Origin: an uncultured virus (IMG/VR IMGVR_UViG_3300032316_001177) | Taxonomy: Duplodnaviria; Heunggongvirae; Uroviricota; Caudoviricetes | Direction: 5' to 3' (one strand) | DNA length: 64,000 bases | Virus record (IMG/VR): IMGVR_UViG_3300032316_001177 | In this document: positions 19,152 through 28,665 of the stretch, one piece after another | Layout of the letters: the number at the start of each line of letters is the position of its first letter | How positions within the stretch are numbered: position 1 is the first letter of the stretch | Made by a program: the position numbers and the translations under genes | Notes under the pieces: model-generated | Database searches by the model: none | Seen by the model: the letters and a program-made list of their open reading frames with translations, nothing else | What the model was told of the DNA's origin: nothing

Positions 19152-19310
19152 TGTAAGGAATTGTAAAGTTTTATCTTCGTTTCCTGACTTACTCAGTATA
19201 GCCTGTTTAAACAAAAGTTGTGAGGTCAGCCCAAAACCTTTAGTGGTTAAGGGTTTTCAAAGTGTACTAAAAAAACAAGTCTATAATTAATAAAGAAAGA
19301 ATTATTTTAG

Positions 19311-20105
19311 TTGGCTGTTAATCCTAACAATTTTTTAAAAGAATATCTTGACCCGATCAAAGATTCAGGGGAAGGTACGTTTGGTTATAAGCCTGAATTA
19401 GAGTACGAGGATACGGCAGGACTGTTCGGAAGCGTTTTACAAAAAGCACAACAATTTGTTAATAGCGCAAATAAATTAGGAACCGATGTTTACAGTGGTG
19501 CTGGTAAAGCTTATGAAAATGTTGATAAGACAGTATTTAAAGGGTCGCTTCCCTATGGTTCAGATTATGTTAAACCCAGTAGAAGCATTCCGGCACTTTT
19601 AAACGATGTCTTAGATAAAGGATTAATTCCAGTTCCAACAACAGATAGAAACAACTGGGCAGCAGCCACTGGCGTCAAGGCTTACGCTGGCCCATTGGGT
19701 AAACCATTTAGAGTGATGGATAATCCAGATGCGGCAAAGTATAGGTATGAAACCCTTGGTTACGCGCAACCATCAAATAATAATATTAATTATGGATTAA
19801 GTACCACCGGGAAGTACAGACAAGGATATGAGAAATTAAGGGATGAACCCGCAAATATGGCAATCGGCCAATATTCAGCAACCCCAGATCGTTTTGGTTT
19901 TGTAAATGTAACAGATAATTACAATACAAACAACCCTCTCAGTTGGTATTTTAATAAAGTTGTTGAAGGTTCCCCAAGTGAGAAAGGTTTTTACGCAGTT
20001 GCCGGGGCAGGTAAGGCCTTGGAAAACATTGGCTGGTTAAATCAACGTCCCCTTGGTTCAAGTGTCCCCATGGGTTTTGTGAATCCCACTAATCGAAACA
20101 ACTGA
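19311..20105 (+). CDS. Hypothetical protein (possible virion cargo)
   Basis: 264 aa, TATAAT about 30 nt upstream, N-terminal FLKEYL motif. Confidence 0.6.
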   Translation: MAVNPNNFLKEYLDPIKDSGEGTFGYKPELEYEDTAGLFGSVLQKAQQFVNSANKLGTDVYSGAGKAYENVDKTVFKGSLPYGSDYVKPSRSIPALLNDVLDKGLIPVPTTDRNNWAAATGVKAYAGPLGKPFRVMDNPDAAKYRYETLGYAQPSNNNINYGLSTTGKYRQGYEKLRDEPANMAIGQYSATPDRFGFVNVTDNYNTNNPLSWYFNKVVEGSPSEKGFYAVAGAGKALENIGWLNQRPLGSSVPMGFVNPTNRNN

Positions 20106-20294
20106 AATTACAATTCCAAGTAAAATCCACGTTCCGTCCGCAAAAACATTGATCCTATGTCGTAACTCTGCGTGGTTATTCTGTGTTTCATATGCTTTAT
20201 TTAGTTGATACATATCAGTAAGCCCCCAGTAAGATGAAACGGTTGCTGCACTAAGGCCAAATACAAAGGAACAAGAAAGAAAAAAGTTTTTCAT
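20058..20294 (-). CDS. Small membrane protein
   Basis: Two hydrophobic segments. Confidence 0.5.
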   Translation of the reverse strand: MKNFFLSCSFVFGLSAATVSSYWGLTDMYQLNKAYETQNNHAELRHRINVFADGTWILLGIVISVVSISGIHKTHGDT

Positions 20295-20426
20295 ATGCTT
20301 TGTGAAAATTTAAAAAAGTTAATAGATAGGATTAAGGTAAGATGTAAGCGATTTAACGTCATGCTTAGGACGATTATTTAAAGTAAAAACAAAACGTTTG
20401 TTACAATTAATTTAACAGTTGCTTGC

Positions 20427-20684
20427 GTGGTCATGCCTAACTGGCTCTGGCGTTCAATACTTGCTACAGCAGCTTCAATCATGTTGCTTACTGTTGCTCA
20501 GTGGGGCGCCTGTAGATTTTATGTTTTCCCAACAGCATGGCCTTGGTACGCTAAGTATGTAGGTACTCCTGAAGGTAAAGCTATTGAAGCTCAGCCAACT
20601 TGTGCAGACAGTGATAGCAGAGCCATAACATCTATGATGGCAGTGTTAACAACATTAATAAGCCTTAGTCGTAAGGCTGATTAA
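20427..20684 (+). CDS. Small membrane protein
   Basis: Two hydrophobic segments, paired Cys. Confidence 0.5.
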   Translation: MVMPNWLWRSILATAASIMLLTVAQWGACRFYVFPTAWPWYAKYVGTPEGKAIEAQPTCADSDSRAITSMMAVLTTLISLSRKAD

Positions 20685-20699
20685 CCTTATTTAGTAAGC

Positions 20700-21551
20700 T
20701 TATAGAACAGGCATCTCATACTCTTGAGTAACGTTTACATAATGCTTCCAAATAACTTCCGAACTATTACCTGCCCAGTTTGCAACTTGTGCTACTGGAA
20801 TCTGGGCCTCAATCCACCGGCTAATTGCGGTATGCCGTAAGTCATATGGCCTATACCTATTTTGGATAAGTTTATCTGCGTGCAACTCTTTCATTCGATC
20901 ATAAAAATAACTTTGAAACGCATACCTATTCCAGGGAAAAATATATTCATTGGCTTTTGATACAGCAGACATAATTTCTTGGCACCTAGTATTTAAAGGA
21001 ACCCACCGTTTTCTATTTGTTTTTGTTGAATTCTTATACCCATGAGTAAGAGTATAGTTACTATGCACAAGGATCTTATTTTCTTTTATATCTTCCCATT
21101 TAAGTGCGCGTACTTCTCCAGTGCGCATTGCAGTTTGCAACATAAACTCAGAATAAAATGCCCAGTTAGCGCCGTTACGTGGTTGTTTTGATCCAAGTGC
21201 TTTCAAAACCAGTTCTGTTTCTTGCCGTGGAATTACAATAATATCAACATCTTCTTGTGGTGGTTTTGGCATTTTAAAACTAATAATTGGGTTCTTATCG
21301 ATTAATTTTATATCTTCACTGGATGCCCAACGATATAACGATTTTATGTACATTGTTACGCGCCGACTAGATTTAATAGGTTTTTGACTTAATGTCCATG
21401 TTAATATTTTTCTTCCCTCATTTAAATCTGTAATTGGGCATTTGTTTAACCAATTACCTACTTGCCTGTAGTCCGCAAGCAGACTAGTTGGACACAGGGC
21501 AATAGCTCTTTCGGCTTTGAATTGTTCCCAGGCTTCAAGCAGTGTTGTCAT
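20700..21551 (-). CDS. Tyrosine recombinase/integrase
   Basis: TAMRTGEVRALKW (Arg I), STKTNRKR (Lys), YDLRHTAIS (Arg II), VANWAGNS...HY; no obvious arm-binding domain. Confidence 0.9.
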   Translation of the reverse strand: MTTLLEAWEQFKAERAIALCPTSLLADYRQVGNWLNKCPITDLNEGRKILTWTLSQKPIKSSRRVTMYIKSLYRWASSEDIKLIDKNPIISFKMPKPPQEDVDIIVIPRQETELVLKALGSKQPRNGANWAFYSEFMLQTAMRTGEVRALKWEDIKENKILVHSNYTLTHGYKNSTKTNRKRWVPLNTRCQEIMSAVSKANEYIFPWNRYAFQSYFYDRMKELHADKLIQNRYRPYDLRHTAISRWIEAQIPVAQVANWAGNSSEVIWKHYVNVTQEYEMPVL

Positions 21552-21644
21552 TAGCGGGAACTCTGTCGGCCCAGACTAGCATAAAATCGGTTAATGTGCT
21601 GCAAGAGCTGAGAAGGCTTACAATAATTAAAAACCTGAAGCATA

Positions 21645-22211
21645 ATGTTTCTTTTAAACGGTAAGCCAATATCTCCAGATTCTCCATTTGTAACACCGGA
21701 TGGAACCCAGTACCCTTCAAATTGGATTCGATTATCTTCCCCTGAAGATCGCAAAGCAATTGGAATTACTGAGGTCCCTGATCCCCCTTATTACGATCAA
21801 CGGTTTTATTGGGCTCCAGGGATACCTAAAGACCACGACCAGTTGGTAGTTCAATGGGTGGATCAAACCAGACAGACTGCTAATACCTTAATTAGTCCTA
21901 CAGATTGGATGATTGTGCGTTCTGTTGATAACGGAAAAGAAACAGATCCAACCGTTAAAACCTGGAGGGAAAACATACGTACTACATCGGGGAGTAAAGT
22001 TTTAAAAATTAAGAACACGAAAACTACAGATGACTTAGCTAATTTTGTTACTTCAGCTGAGTATTCCACTTGGCCCATACAGGGCGCCAGTAACAACCTA
22101 GTTACCTCAGATTCAGTGATTGGCTCTGGAACAACGGATTACGTTACTGGTTCTAGTGGCATAGATTATCTTTCATTTAATTCAGGCACTACGACTTCTG
22201 GTATAGTTTAG
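21645..22211 (+). CDS. Tail fibre-associated/assembly protein
   Basis: MFLLNGKP...QYPSNWIRL...IGITEVPDPPYYDQRFYW...PTDWMIVR, a family I associate with LamG/SPRY fibre genes in cyanophages. Confidence 0.6.
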   Translation: MFLLNGKPISPDSPFVTPDGTQYPSNWIRLSSPEDRKAIGITEVPDPPYYDQRFYWAPGIPKDHDQLVVQWVDQTRQTANTLISPTDWMIVRSVDNGKETDPTVKTWRENIRTTSGSKVLKIKNTKTTDDLANFVTSAEYSTWPIQGASNNLVTSDSVIGSGTTDYVTGSSGIDYLSFNSGTTTSGIV

Positions 22212-22231
22212 TATTAACACTTGACGCCACT

Positions 22232-23482
22232 GTGAAAACATCTGCACAAGGCTTAAAATTAATAAAAGAATTTGAAGGCCTTAGGCTTACCGCTTATTAC
22301 GATGTAGTTGGCGTTTTAACCATAGGGTATGGGCATACAGGAGATGATGTATATGTTGGTCAGACAATTACTGAACAACAAGCTGAACAACTACTTCAAA
22401 AAGATTTAGACTTTTTTGAACAATCAGTAAGTAAATTAATTTCAATAAATTTAAATCAGAATCAATTTGATGCACTTGTAAGTTTTACTTATAATGTCGG
22501 GGCCGGTGCGTTAGGTGAATCTACTTTACGCAAGCGTTTAAATAGCGGAGAGAATCCCAATATTGCAGCAACACAGGAATTAGTGAAGTGGACAAAAGGT
22601 GGTGATGGTCAGAGTATAGCTGGTTTAATAAGGCGCAGAACAACAGAAATTAAGTTATTCTGTACTGTTAATAACCAAAAAGAGGAAATACCTACCATTA
22701 GTGTTACCTCTCTTCAGCAAACTTGGTTTAAGAAAGAGCCTAAGCCCGCAGACAAACTTGCTAATGAGAGTAAAGCAAAGGTCTATCAGGGAAGAACATA
22801 CCCAGGTAATCAAGTTTTAGAAAAGAAAGATCAACATACTCTGCTTGAAATGGGAAATAAAATGGGTAGATGGTGGATTTACGACGCTCATTGGAGTGGA
22901 CTAACACCGAAGATAAACCCTTATGCACAGGATGGAGATTTACGTTATTTACGTAACTTTCCTTTCTTTGATCAAAAAGATAACGGCCCCGAGGGTTGGC
23001 GCCAATGTCAGACAAGCTCAATTGCGATGTGTTTAAAATACCTTAACGTAAAAGAAATAAAAGACGATACAGATTATTTTAAAGTTGTTGACCGTTTTGG
23101 CGATACAACTACTAGGGACGCTCATTACAAAGCGTTAGAAGCGCTTAATGTATCTGCAAAATTTTATACAAACTTAGAAGAACAGGATATTAAAGATCAG
23201 ATCGATAAAGGTAAACCTGTGGCTGTGGGTATCCTCCACCACGGCACTGTAGACTCCCCACGTGGCGGTGGGCACTTCATAACCATCTCAGGCTACAGCA
23301 GTACTTATTGGCTAGTTCAGGACCCTTATGGAGACCTAGACTTAGTTAACGGAGTATGGGAGAACCAGTCCCCTGGTGCAGGTAAAAACCGTCACTATAG
23401 TTTTAAAAACTTAAACCCACGTTTGTTTTACGGTGGCTGTGCTAATGGCTGGGGTTGGATCATTAAGGGAAGTAAGGGTTAA
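22232..23482 (+). CDS. Endolysin: GH24 lysozyme + C39-like peptidase
   Basis: LIKEFEGLRLTAYYDVVGVLTIGYGHT...NQFDALVSFTYNVG; QCQTSSIAM...GGHFITISGY...VQDPYG. Confidence 0.9.
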   Translation: MKTSAQGLKLIKEFEGLRLTAYYDVVGVLTIGYGHTGDDVYVGQTITEQQAEQLLQKDLDFFEQSVSKLISINLNQNQFDALVSFTYNVGAGALGESTLRKRLNSGENPNIAATQELVKWTKGGDGQSIAGLIRRRTTEIKLFCTVNNQKEEIPTISVTSLQQTWFKKEPKPADKLANESKAKVYQGRTYPGNQVLEKKDQHTLLEMGNKMGRWWIYDAHWSGLTPKINPYAQDGDLRYLRNFPFFDQKDNGPEGWRQCQTSSIAMCLKYLNVKEIKDDTDYFKVVDRFGDTTTRDAHYKALEALNVSAKFYTNLEEQDIKDQIDKGKPVAVGILHHGTVDSPRGGGHFITISGYSSTYWLVQDPYGDLDLVNGVWENQSPGAGKNRHYSFKNLNPRLFYGGCANGWGWIIKGSKG

Positions 23483-23533
23483 CCTTGCGTTTAAATAAAA
23501 ACCTGTTAACATTCAAGTAGTTATCTTAGTCTG

Positions 23534-23752
23534 ATGATTGAAAACGTGTTAGAACTGGAGAAAGGATTGCAGGAGCAACTAAAGTCCTTAACGTCAGAAA
23601 TTAGAACAGCAGAGGCCAATTTAATTTCTAGTAAAGAAGGCTATCTAAAAGTTCAAGGGGCTTTAGAAGTTCTTAATATTCTAAAAGAACAACTAGAAGA
23701 CAAGGCCAACAAACAAATCCTAGAAGCGTGTCAAATTATGAGCCCAGATTAA
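23534..23752 (+). CDS. Coiled-coil hypothetical protein
   Basis: 72 aa, LKVQGALEVL. Confidence 0.55.
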   Translation: MIENVLELEKGLQEQLKSLTSEIRTAEANLISSKEGYLKVQGALEVLNILKEQLEDKANKQILEACQIMSPD

Positions 23753-23848
23753 CTGTGCCGGTTCGGCTTACACTAAACCCTGTATTTTATTGTTAGTATG
23801 TATACAGATGTATGCGCCATATCTTTTATTTAGAAGCATGAGCGCAAC

Positions 23849-24259
23849 GTGTTTCACACTGAGAACGAACTCTTAGCTGAACTAATTGTCCTTACTCCAA
23901 AACTCGCTCGAAAAAAATTCCGTCAAAGTATTTTTGAGGCGTGGAAGTGGAACTGCGCTTATTGTGAGAAACAACTTTGTCATAATACCGCTACGATTGA
24001 TCACATTGTTCCAAAGCATAAGGGTGGACATAACTCAAGGAATAATCTTGCCTGTTGTTGCTGTTCTTGTAACTCCGCTAAAGGATCTCAAAAACTTAGT
24101 TTATGGTATACAGACGGCAATCCTAAATACACTAAAGAAAGGGCTGATAAGATTAAAGAATGGACAGAGCAGAAACCAAAGTCCTTAAACCTAGCCGCTG
24201 CTTATCAGGCTATTCCGTATATTTGTGAGGATGCATATGTTGGATGGATTGCAACCTGA
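23849..24259 (+). CDS. HNH endonuclease
   Basis: CAYC...TIDHIVPKHKGG...NLACCCCSCNSAKG. Confidence 0.9.
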   Translation: MFHTENELLAELIVLTPKLARKKFRQSIFEAWKWNCAYCEKQLCHNTATIDHIVPKHKGGHNSRNNLACCCCSCNSAKGSQKLSLWYTDGNPKYTKERADKIKEWTEQKPKSLNLAAAYQAIPYICEDAYVGWIAT

Positions 24260-24275
24260 TAGACAACAACCAGCA

Positions 24276-24407
24276 ATGGTGCCGTCTGAGTTCCTTGCTG
24301 GCTATGTTCAAAAATTAAATTCCTACAGAAGGCCAGACCCATTTGAAATTGCGGATAAAGGCGCTGTATCTCAAGATGTAGCAACAAATCTGGCTGGTCG
24401 AATGTAG
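24276..24407 (+). CDS. Small hypothetical protein
   Basis: MVPSEFLAGYVQKL..., fills the gap before 24410; start uncertain. Confidence 0.45.
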   Translation: MVPSEFLAGYVQKLNSYRRPDPFEIADKGAVSQDVATNLAGRM

Positions 24408-24409
24408 AT

Positions 24410-24682
24410 ATGGCAGACCACGCTAAGGCTAAGCGTCTATCAAAAGAGCACATGAAGTGTAATAAACCTCAACGTGCCCCAGCTGGTGATACCCATAAAT
24501 GGGTGGTTAAGTCTTGTCATGATGGGGAAGAGGCTATAGTTCGTTACGGGCGAAGAGGTTATGAGGACTACACCCAACATGGAGATAAAGATCGGAGGAA
24601 AAATTTCAGGGCTAGAATGGGATGTGATAAACCCATGGATAAAAATACGCCTAAATACTGGGCGTGCTCACACCTTTGGTAA
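24410..24682 (+). CDS. DUF5754-like basic protein
   Basis: VRYGRRGYEDYTQHGDKDRRKNFRAR...TPKYWA. Confidence 0.55.
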   Translation: MADHAKAKRLSKEHMKCNKPQRAPAGDTHKWVVKSCHDGEEAIVRYGRRGYEDYTQHGDKDRRKNFRARMGCDKPMDKNTPKYWACSHLW

Positions 24683-24687
24683 TTTAA

Positions 24688-25158
24688 ATGGTAAAAGATC
24701 TAACCGATAAAAAAACTTCCTGCTACTGCCTTCTAGTGCAGTGCTTAAGGGATTCCGTTAATGTTTACCACCAAACCCAACTTGTCCATTGGGGACTAAT
24801 GGGAGGTAAATTTTATGAAATCCATCTGTTGACAGAAAAAATATACCGTGAAATGGAAGAAGGCATAGATACAGTTGCTGAGCATATTCGTTCTTTAGGT
24901 ATTGCTACACCTAAGACAGTAATGGATTTAACATATTCAAATATGCCTGAGTTACCGTTTGAAGATTGTTTTAACCAAGACAAAATTATTCTTCAGATAG
25001 CTGCAAACCACGATACACTTGCTTGTAATTTCAATGATTTGATTACTGAGTCAGACATCATTGGAGATCAGTTAACCTTAGATCTTGGAGTTGAACGAGC
25101 TAGGGTACATAAAAAAAATCAATGGCTGTTAAAATCCAATTTAGATTACAAAAAATAA
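24688..25158 (+). CDS. dps: Dps/ferritin-like DNA protection protein
   Basis: QLVHWGLMGGKFYEIHLLTE...IDTVAEHIRSLG...HKKNQWLL ferroxidase signature. Confidence 0.85.
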   Translation: MVKDLTDKKTSCYCLLVQCLRDSVNVYHQTQLVHWGLMGGKFYEIHLLTEKIYREMEEGIDTVAEHIRSLGIATPKTVMDLTYSNMPELPFEDCFNQDKIILQIAANHDTLACNFNDLITESDIIGDQLTLDLGVERARVHKKNQWLLKSNLDYKK

Positions 25159-25161
25159 ATC

Positions 25162-25518
25162 ATGAGTTTTGATCCCAGTTTTATTGATAGCGTATTTTTT
25201 AGCTCCGGCGCTCTTTCAGGAGCAGGTACAGTAGCAACTTTTCAAGTTGCAGAACAAAATATATCATCTTTAACTGCTTTTTTAATTCAAATTACTACTG
25301 CATCAATACCTATTGGCGGTAATGTTGTTTTTAAAATAGAAGGCAGTTTAGATGGGACAAATTATTTTAATTTAAATACGTCCGGTAATACTACTGTTAC
25401 CAGTAATGGTACAACTTTTTTAACTTACATTGATATGCCATTAAAGTACATTCGTTGTAATTTAGTTTCGTTTGTGTCAGGCTCACCAACTGTTTCTTTT
25501 GTTATTGGCGCTAAATAA
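25162..25518 (+). CDS. Beta-rich hypothetical protein (paralog of next gene)
   Basis: IEGSLDGTNYF...PLKYIR. Confidence 0.55.
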   Translation: MSFDPSFIDSVFFSSGALSGAGTVATFQVAEQNISSLTAFLIQITTASIPIGGNVVFKIEGSLDGTNYFNLNTSGNTTVTSNGTTFLTYIDMPLKYIRCNLVSFVSGSPTVSFVIGAK

Positions 25519-25521
25519 ACT

Positions 25522-25866
25522 ATGAGTTATTTTGAAGGTTATCAACAAACGGTATTTTTTGATTTCCCGACACTTACCGCTCCTGGGGTTACTGATTCTG
25601 TTGACGTTTATATTACAAACTATTTGTCCACACGTAATTATACATTTGTTGTTATAGTTGATAGTGTACATAACCACGTTGATGTTAATTTAGAGGGTAG
25701 TCTTGACGGTATAAATTTTGGTGTAATGCGTACTGAGAAAATTACTGCAAATGGTACTTATGCATATAATGTCAGTGGGTTTCCAGTAAAAAAAATACGT
25801 GCTAACTTTTTTCATGAAGGCGGCGGTACCAACGCAACAGTTAAATTTAATATTTCCGCTAATTAA
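25522..25866 (+). CDS. Beta-rich hypothetical protein
   Basis: LEGSLDGINFG...PVKKIR. Confidence 0.55.
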   Translation: MSYFEGYQQTVFFDFPTLTAPGVTDSVDVYITNYLSTRNYTFVVIVDSVHNHVDVNLEGSLDGINFGVMRTEKITANGTYAYNVSGFPVKKIRANFFHEGGGTNATVKFNISAN

Positions 25867-26756
25867 ATTAATGGCCAAGACCTGAACCACTTAGTAATTA
25901 CATATTTATTGTTGCTTATTGGTGGTAATGCTTCGTGAAGTGTTTTATAATTAGGCATACCGTTTCTATATAGATTATTCCAAATAACAGCAGTTCCTTC
26001 TGTAGGTTTAACCTTTAGTTTTAAATGTTTAAAATAAGTTTCTCCCCCTTCCTCTACATCATTTAGATAACACATAACAGTCCATGTTCGTTGCCCCATC
26101 CATTCTGTATATATAGAAAACTCTTTTGTTTTTGGATGAAAAAAATCATGGTGCTCCTTATAATATTCACCAGGTAAATAACTTTGCCCTTGTAATGTTT
26201 CACCAGTAAATGGTTCTAAGTCCATAAAGTGACAAATTTTCCAGTCCAACCGATTTAAAAATATTGAATAAAAATAATGCAAATCAGTTGTCTTGCTTGT
26301 CCTATAGTCAGACACAATAACTTGATCATTTGGATTGGCAACTGTAGATGGCCTTGACCTATCGTTAATTAGTTCTATCAGTTGCTTGCATGTTTCTGAT
26401 GATAAAAAATTCTTATGTATAAAAAACTGAGTAAAAGGAAATCTTATATCTTGTTTTGTTTTTGTTATTGGTCGATTAGAAAATAAATTATAATTAATTC
26501 TTTTTGGTTTCTTGTTAAAAGAACAGGATTCTACAAGCTCTTCAATGTCTTTATTGGTAAATTTATATTTTTCTTTAAAGTAACGAATTACTTGAGTTTT
26601 ACTTACGCCAGCAACAGCCGCCTTTATAAACTCAGTTGTTACGGTACTTTCAATCACTGTGTCCTGAGTGTAGGGTTGCTTAAAATATAGTAGTTTAAAA
26701 GCGGGTTTGCAAGTGTTTGCTATTATCCTTTTATCAGGATTAATCTTTGGAAGCAC
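25863..26756 (-). CDS. 2OG-Fe(II) oxygenase, prolyl 4-hydroxylase-like
   Basis: YRTS...YKEHHDFF...RTWTVMCYLNDVEEGGETYF...LHEALP...KYVITKW; true start probably downstream of 26756. Confidence 0.9.
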   Translation of the reverse strand: MLPKINPDKRIIANTCKPAFKLLYFKQPYTQDTVIESTVTTEFIKAAVAGVSKTQVIRYFKEKYKFTNKDIEELVESCSFNKKPKRINYNLFSNRPITKTKQDIRFPFTQFFIHKNFLSSETCKQLIELINDRSRPSTVANPNDQVIVSDYRTSKTTDLHYFYSIFLNRLDWKICHFMDLEPFTGETLQGQSYLPGEYYKEHHDFFHPKTKEFSIYTEWMGQRTWTVMCYLNDVEEGGETYFKHLKLKVKPTEGTAVIWNNLYRNGMPNYKTLHEALPPISNNKYVITKWFRSWPLI

Positions 26757-26941
26757 CTATGCTTTAGGCACAATATGTCTAAACAAGCAATGGAGCAAAA
26801 ATGGATTACGTTCTTACCAAACAAGTATGGAACGCCTTGGTAAATGTAAAACGTTAACAAGGGTCAACTCTGGTTTATCCTAGAGAGCAGGCGACAAAGC
26901 AACTTAGAACTGCTAAAATAACAGTATAAGTTGGAGAGCCG

Positions 26942-27163
26942 ATGGACACTAACGCCTTAGAGCTACCAGTGGACGCACAGTTTGCTCTACATGCTGCTGC
27001 GCTAAGCTTAAAACAACTTGACAGAGATGAACTAGAAGAAGCGTTTATTGACATGCTCCATCAAAAAATGATGGACAAACAATTGTTCTTTGGTATTATG
27101 AAAGAACACGGCATAGACGCTGAAATTAAGTTTAACTACCTGACAAAAAGCCAACTCTCGTAA
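26942..27163 (+). CDS. nblA: Phycobilisome degradation protein NblA-like
   Basis: LELPVDAQFAL...LKQLDRDELEEAFIDMLHQKMMDKQLF fits the NblA pattern L.LEQQF...M..E....L..L..Q.M. Confidence 0.6.
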   Translation: MDTNALELPVDAQFALHAAALSLKQLDRDELEEAFIDMLHQKMMDKQLFFGIMKEHGIDAEIKFNYLTKSQLS

Positions 27164-27168
27164 TTACC

Positions 27169-27555
27169 ATGCCTACCAGAACAATCAAAGGGACCATTGA
27201 CAACTTTTTTGTTAATGCTGGAAGTGAAGTTACCTACCAAGGAACAACGTCTGCATCCACAACCACTGGCTTGAACATTAGGGGTTTCCGTGTTAATCCA
27301 GCTAATACAGGTAGTCTAATAGTTACGTTAGACAGTAGTAATGGTGTCAATACCATGGAGATTTTTCAAGAGGATGTCTACAACGGCTCTACTGCACCGG
27401 CAGGGTACAAAACTTTTGCTAACATAGCAAAGGATGGCCGCAGTAAAGGCGTAGTTGCTGTTACCGTAACAGATGCAACCAAAAACTACATCGTCCTACT
27501 GGAATTAGATGGGTACTCAGAAGTCACCTACAACGGCAGCGTTGTTGTACCATAA
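27169..27555 (+). CDS. Beta-rich hypothetical protein
   Basis: 128-aa ORF. Confidence 0.55.
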   Translation: MPTRTIKGTIDNFFVNAGSEVTYQGTTSASTTTGLNIRGFRVNPANTGSLIVTLDSSNGVNTMEIFQEDVYNGSTAPAGYKTFANIAKDGRSKGVVAVTVTDATKNYIVLLELDGYSEVTYNGSVVVP

Positions 27556-28255
27556 GGAAACCTTACCCTTATTTTTTAATCAAGACGGTATAAAATTAAT
27601 ACAATTATATACAACGCCCAGAATTTACTTAGGTTCCGGGCGTTTTGGTTGCTATAAAGAAGAAGGATCTGATCACTATAAGATTGGGTATGACAGTGGG
27701 AGAATTAGAAATCATGCAGTTAATTGGCAGACTAAAGCTACAACAAAAGAAATAAACAAGCAATTAGTAGAAGATCTAAAACCTTTTGCTGAGAAAGTGC
27801 AAGCATACGTACTTGTAAGTTTAAACAGTAAAAAAAGATCTGCACTATTAAGTTATGCACATAGCGTAGGTCTAGCTGCTTTTAAAGAATCTTATTTACT
27901 TGAATTAATAAACTCTTACGCCAGTAAGAAGTTGATTATTAAGGAGTGGAGCCCATTAATAAATTCAATTTATTTTGGTGCTGACAATAAGTTAAAAGAA
28001 CGCCGCCGCGTTGAGCTCAACATGTACATGGCACCTGACAAAGAGGTACCATTATTGTTTGAACATAAATGCAAACTTAATCAATGCCTTTTAAACATAG
28101 GAGAAAGTTATCTAGGTACGCCGAATCAAGTAAAAGCAATTGAATATTTAGAACGCAAATTACTTGAACTTGATCCATCCCAAGAAACTTTACGGCGTTT
28201 CTGGCGTTACTGGAACCAAGAACAAGGTTGCCTTGGTTCTAGTAAAACTATTTAA
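27509..28255 (+). CDS. Degenerate GH24 lysozyme-like protein
   Basis: GIKLIQLY...IGYD...LNSKKRSALLSYAHSVG...RRRVE aligns with the endolysin but lacks the EG catalytic motif. Confidence 0.6.
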   Translation: MGTQKSPTTAALLYHKETLPLFFNQDGIKLIQLYTTPRIYLGSGRFGCYKEEGSDHYKIGYDSGRIRNHAVNWQTKATTKEINKQLVEDLKPFAEKVQAYVLVSLNSKKRSALLSYAHSVGLAAFKESYLLELINSYASKKLIIKEWSPLINSIYFGADNKLKERRRVELNMYMAPDKEVPLLFEHKCKLNQCLLNIGESYLGTPNQVKAIEYLERKLLELDPSQETLRRFWRYWNQEQGCLGSSKTI

Positions 28256-28635
28256 TTATTTTCATGAGAAGCAATAAGCCTATCTAAATACCACCTGCTT
28301 TTTTTTAAATCTTCTAAAGTATTATTTTTGTGGTCAGCACGCCACACATACTTTATTACATTACCTTGACAGTAGCCACGGAATTTTTCAGTTCCTAATG
28401 CTGCTTTAATTGCTTCTATACACTCTATATCTTCGTTTTTTGTGTAGTGTGCTGGCCCATGCACGTTATCTGTACCAAGTTCTTTTAAGTCAGGCTTAAA
28501 AAAATTATCGCTAGCTTCTGTCTCCCAGTTGTTGTCTGCATACCAGTCAAAACTACGGCTGGAAAAATTGCAACCTGGATTAGAAGAGTCGAATGAGATG
28601 GTATCCTCACTTGGAGTAGACTGAAAAGTAATCAC
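28252..28635 (-). CDS. DUF3310 (SaV-like) protein
   Basis: DNVHGPAHY...IECIEAI...GNVIKYVWR...EDLKKSRWYL. Confidence 0.85.
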   Translation of the reverse strand: MITFQSTPSEDTISFDSSNPGCNFSSRSFDWYADNNWETEASDNFFKPDLKELGTDNVHGPAHYTKNEDIECIEAIKAALGTEKFRGYCQGNVIKYVWRADHKNNTLEDLKKSRWYLDRLIASHENN

Positions 28636-28665
28636 GGCAGTAAGTGTATCTGCCCAAATACTAGC

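Noticed and set aside
20700..21551. Classical lysogeny module or prophage boundary
   Set aside because: No repressor, excisionase, att duplication or host genes were seen; the whole window is phage-like
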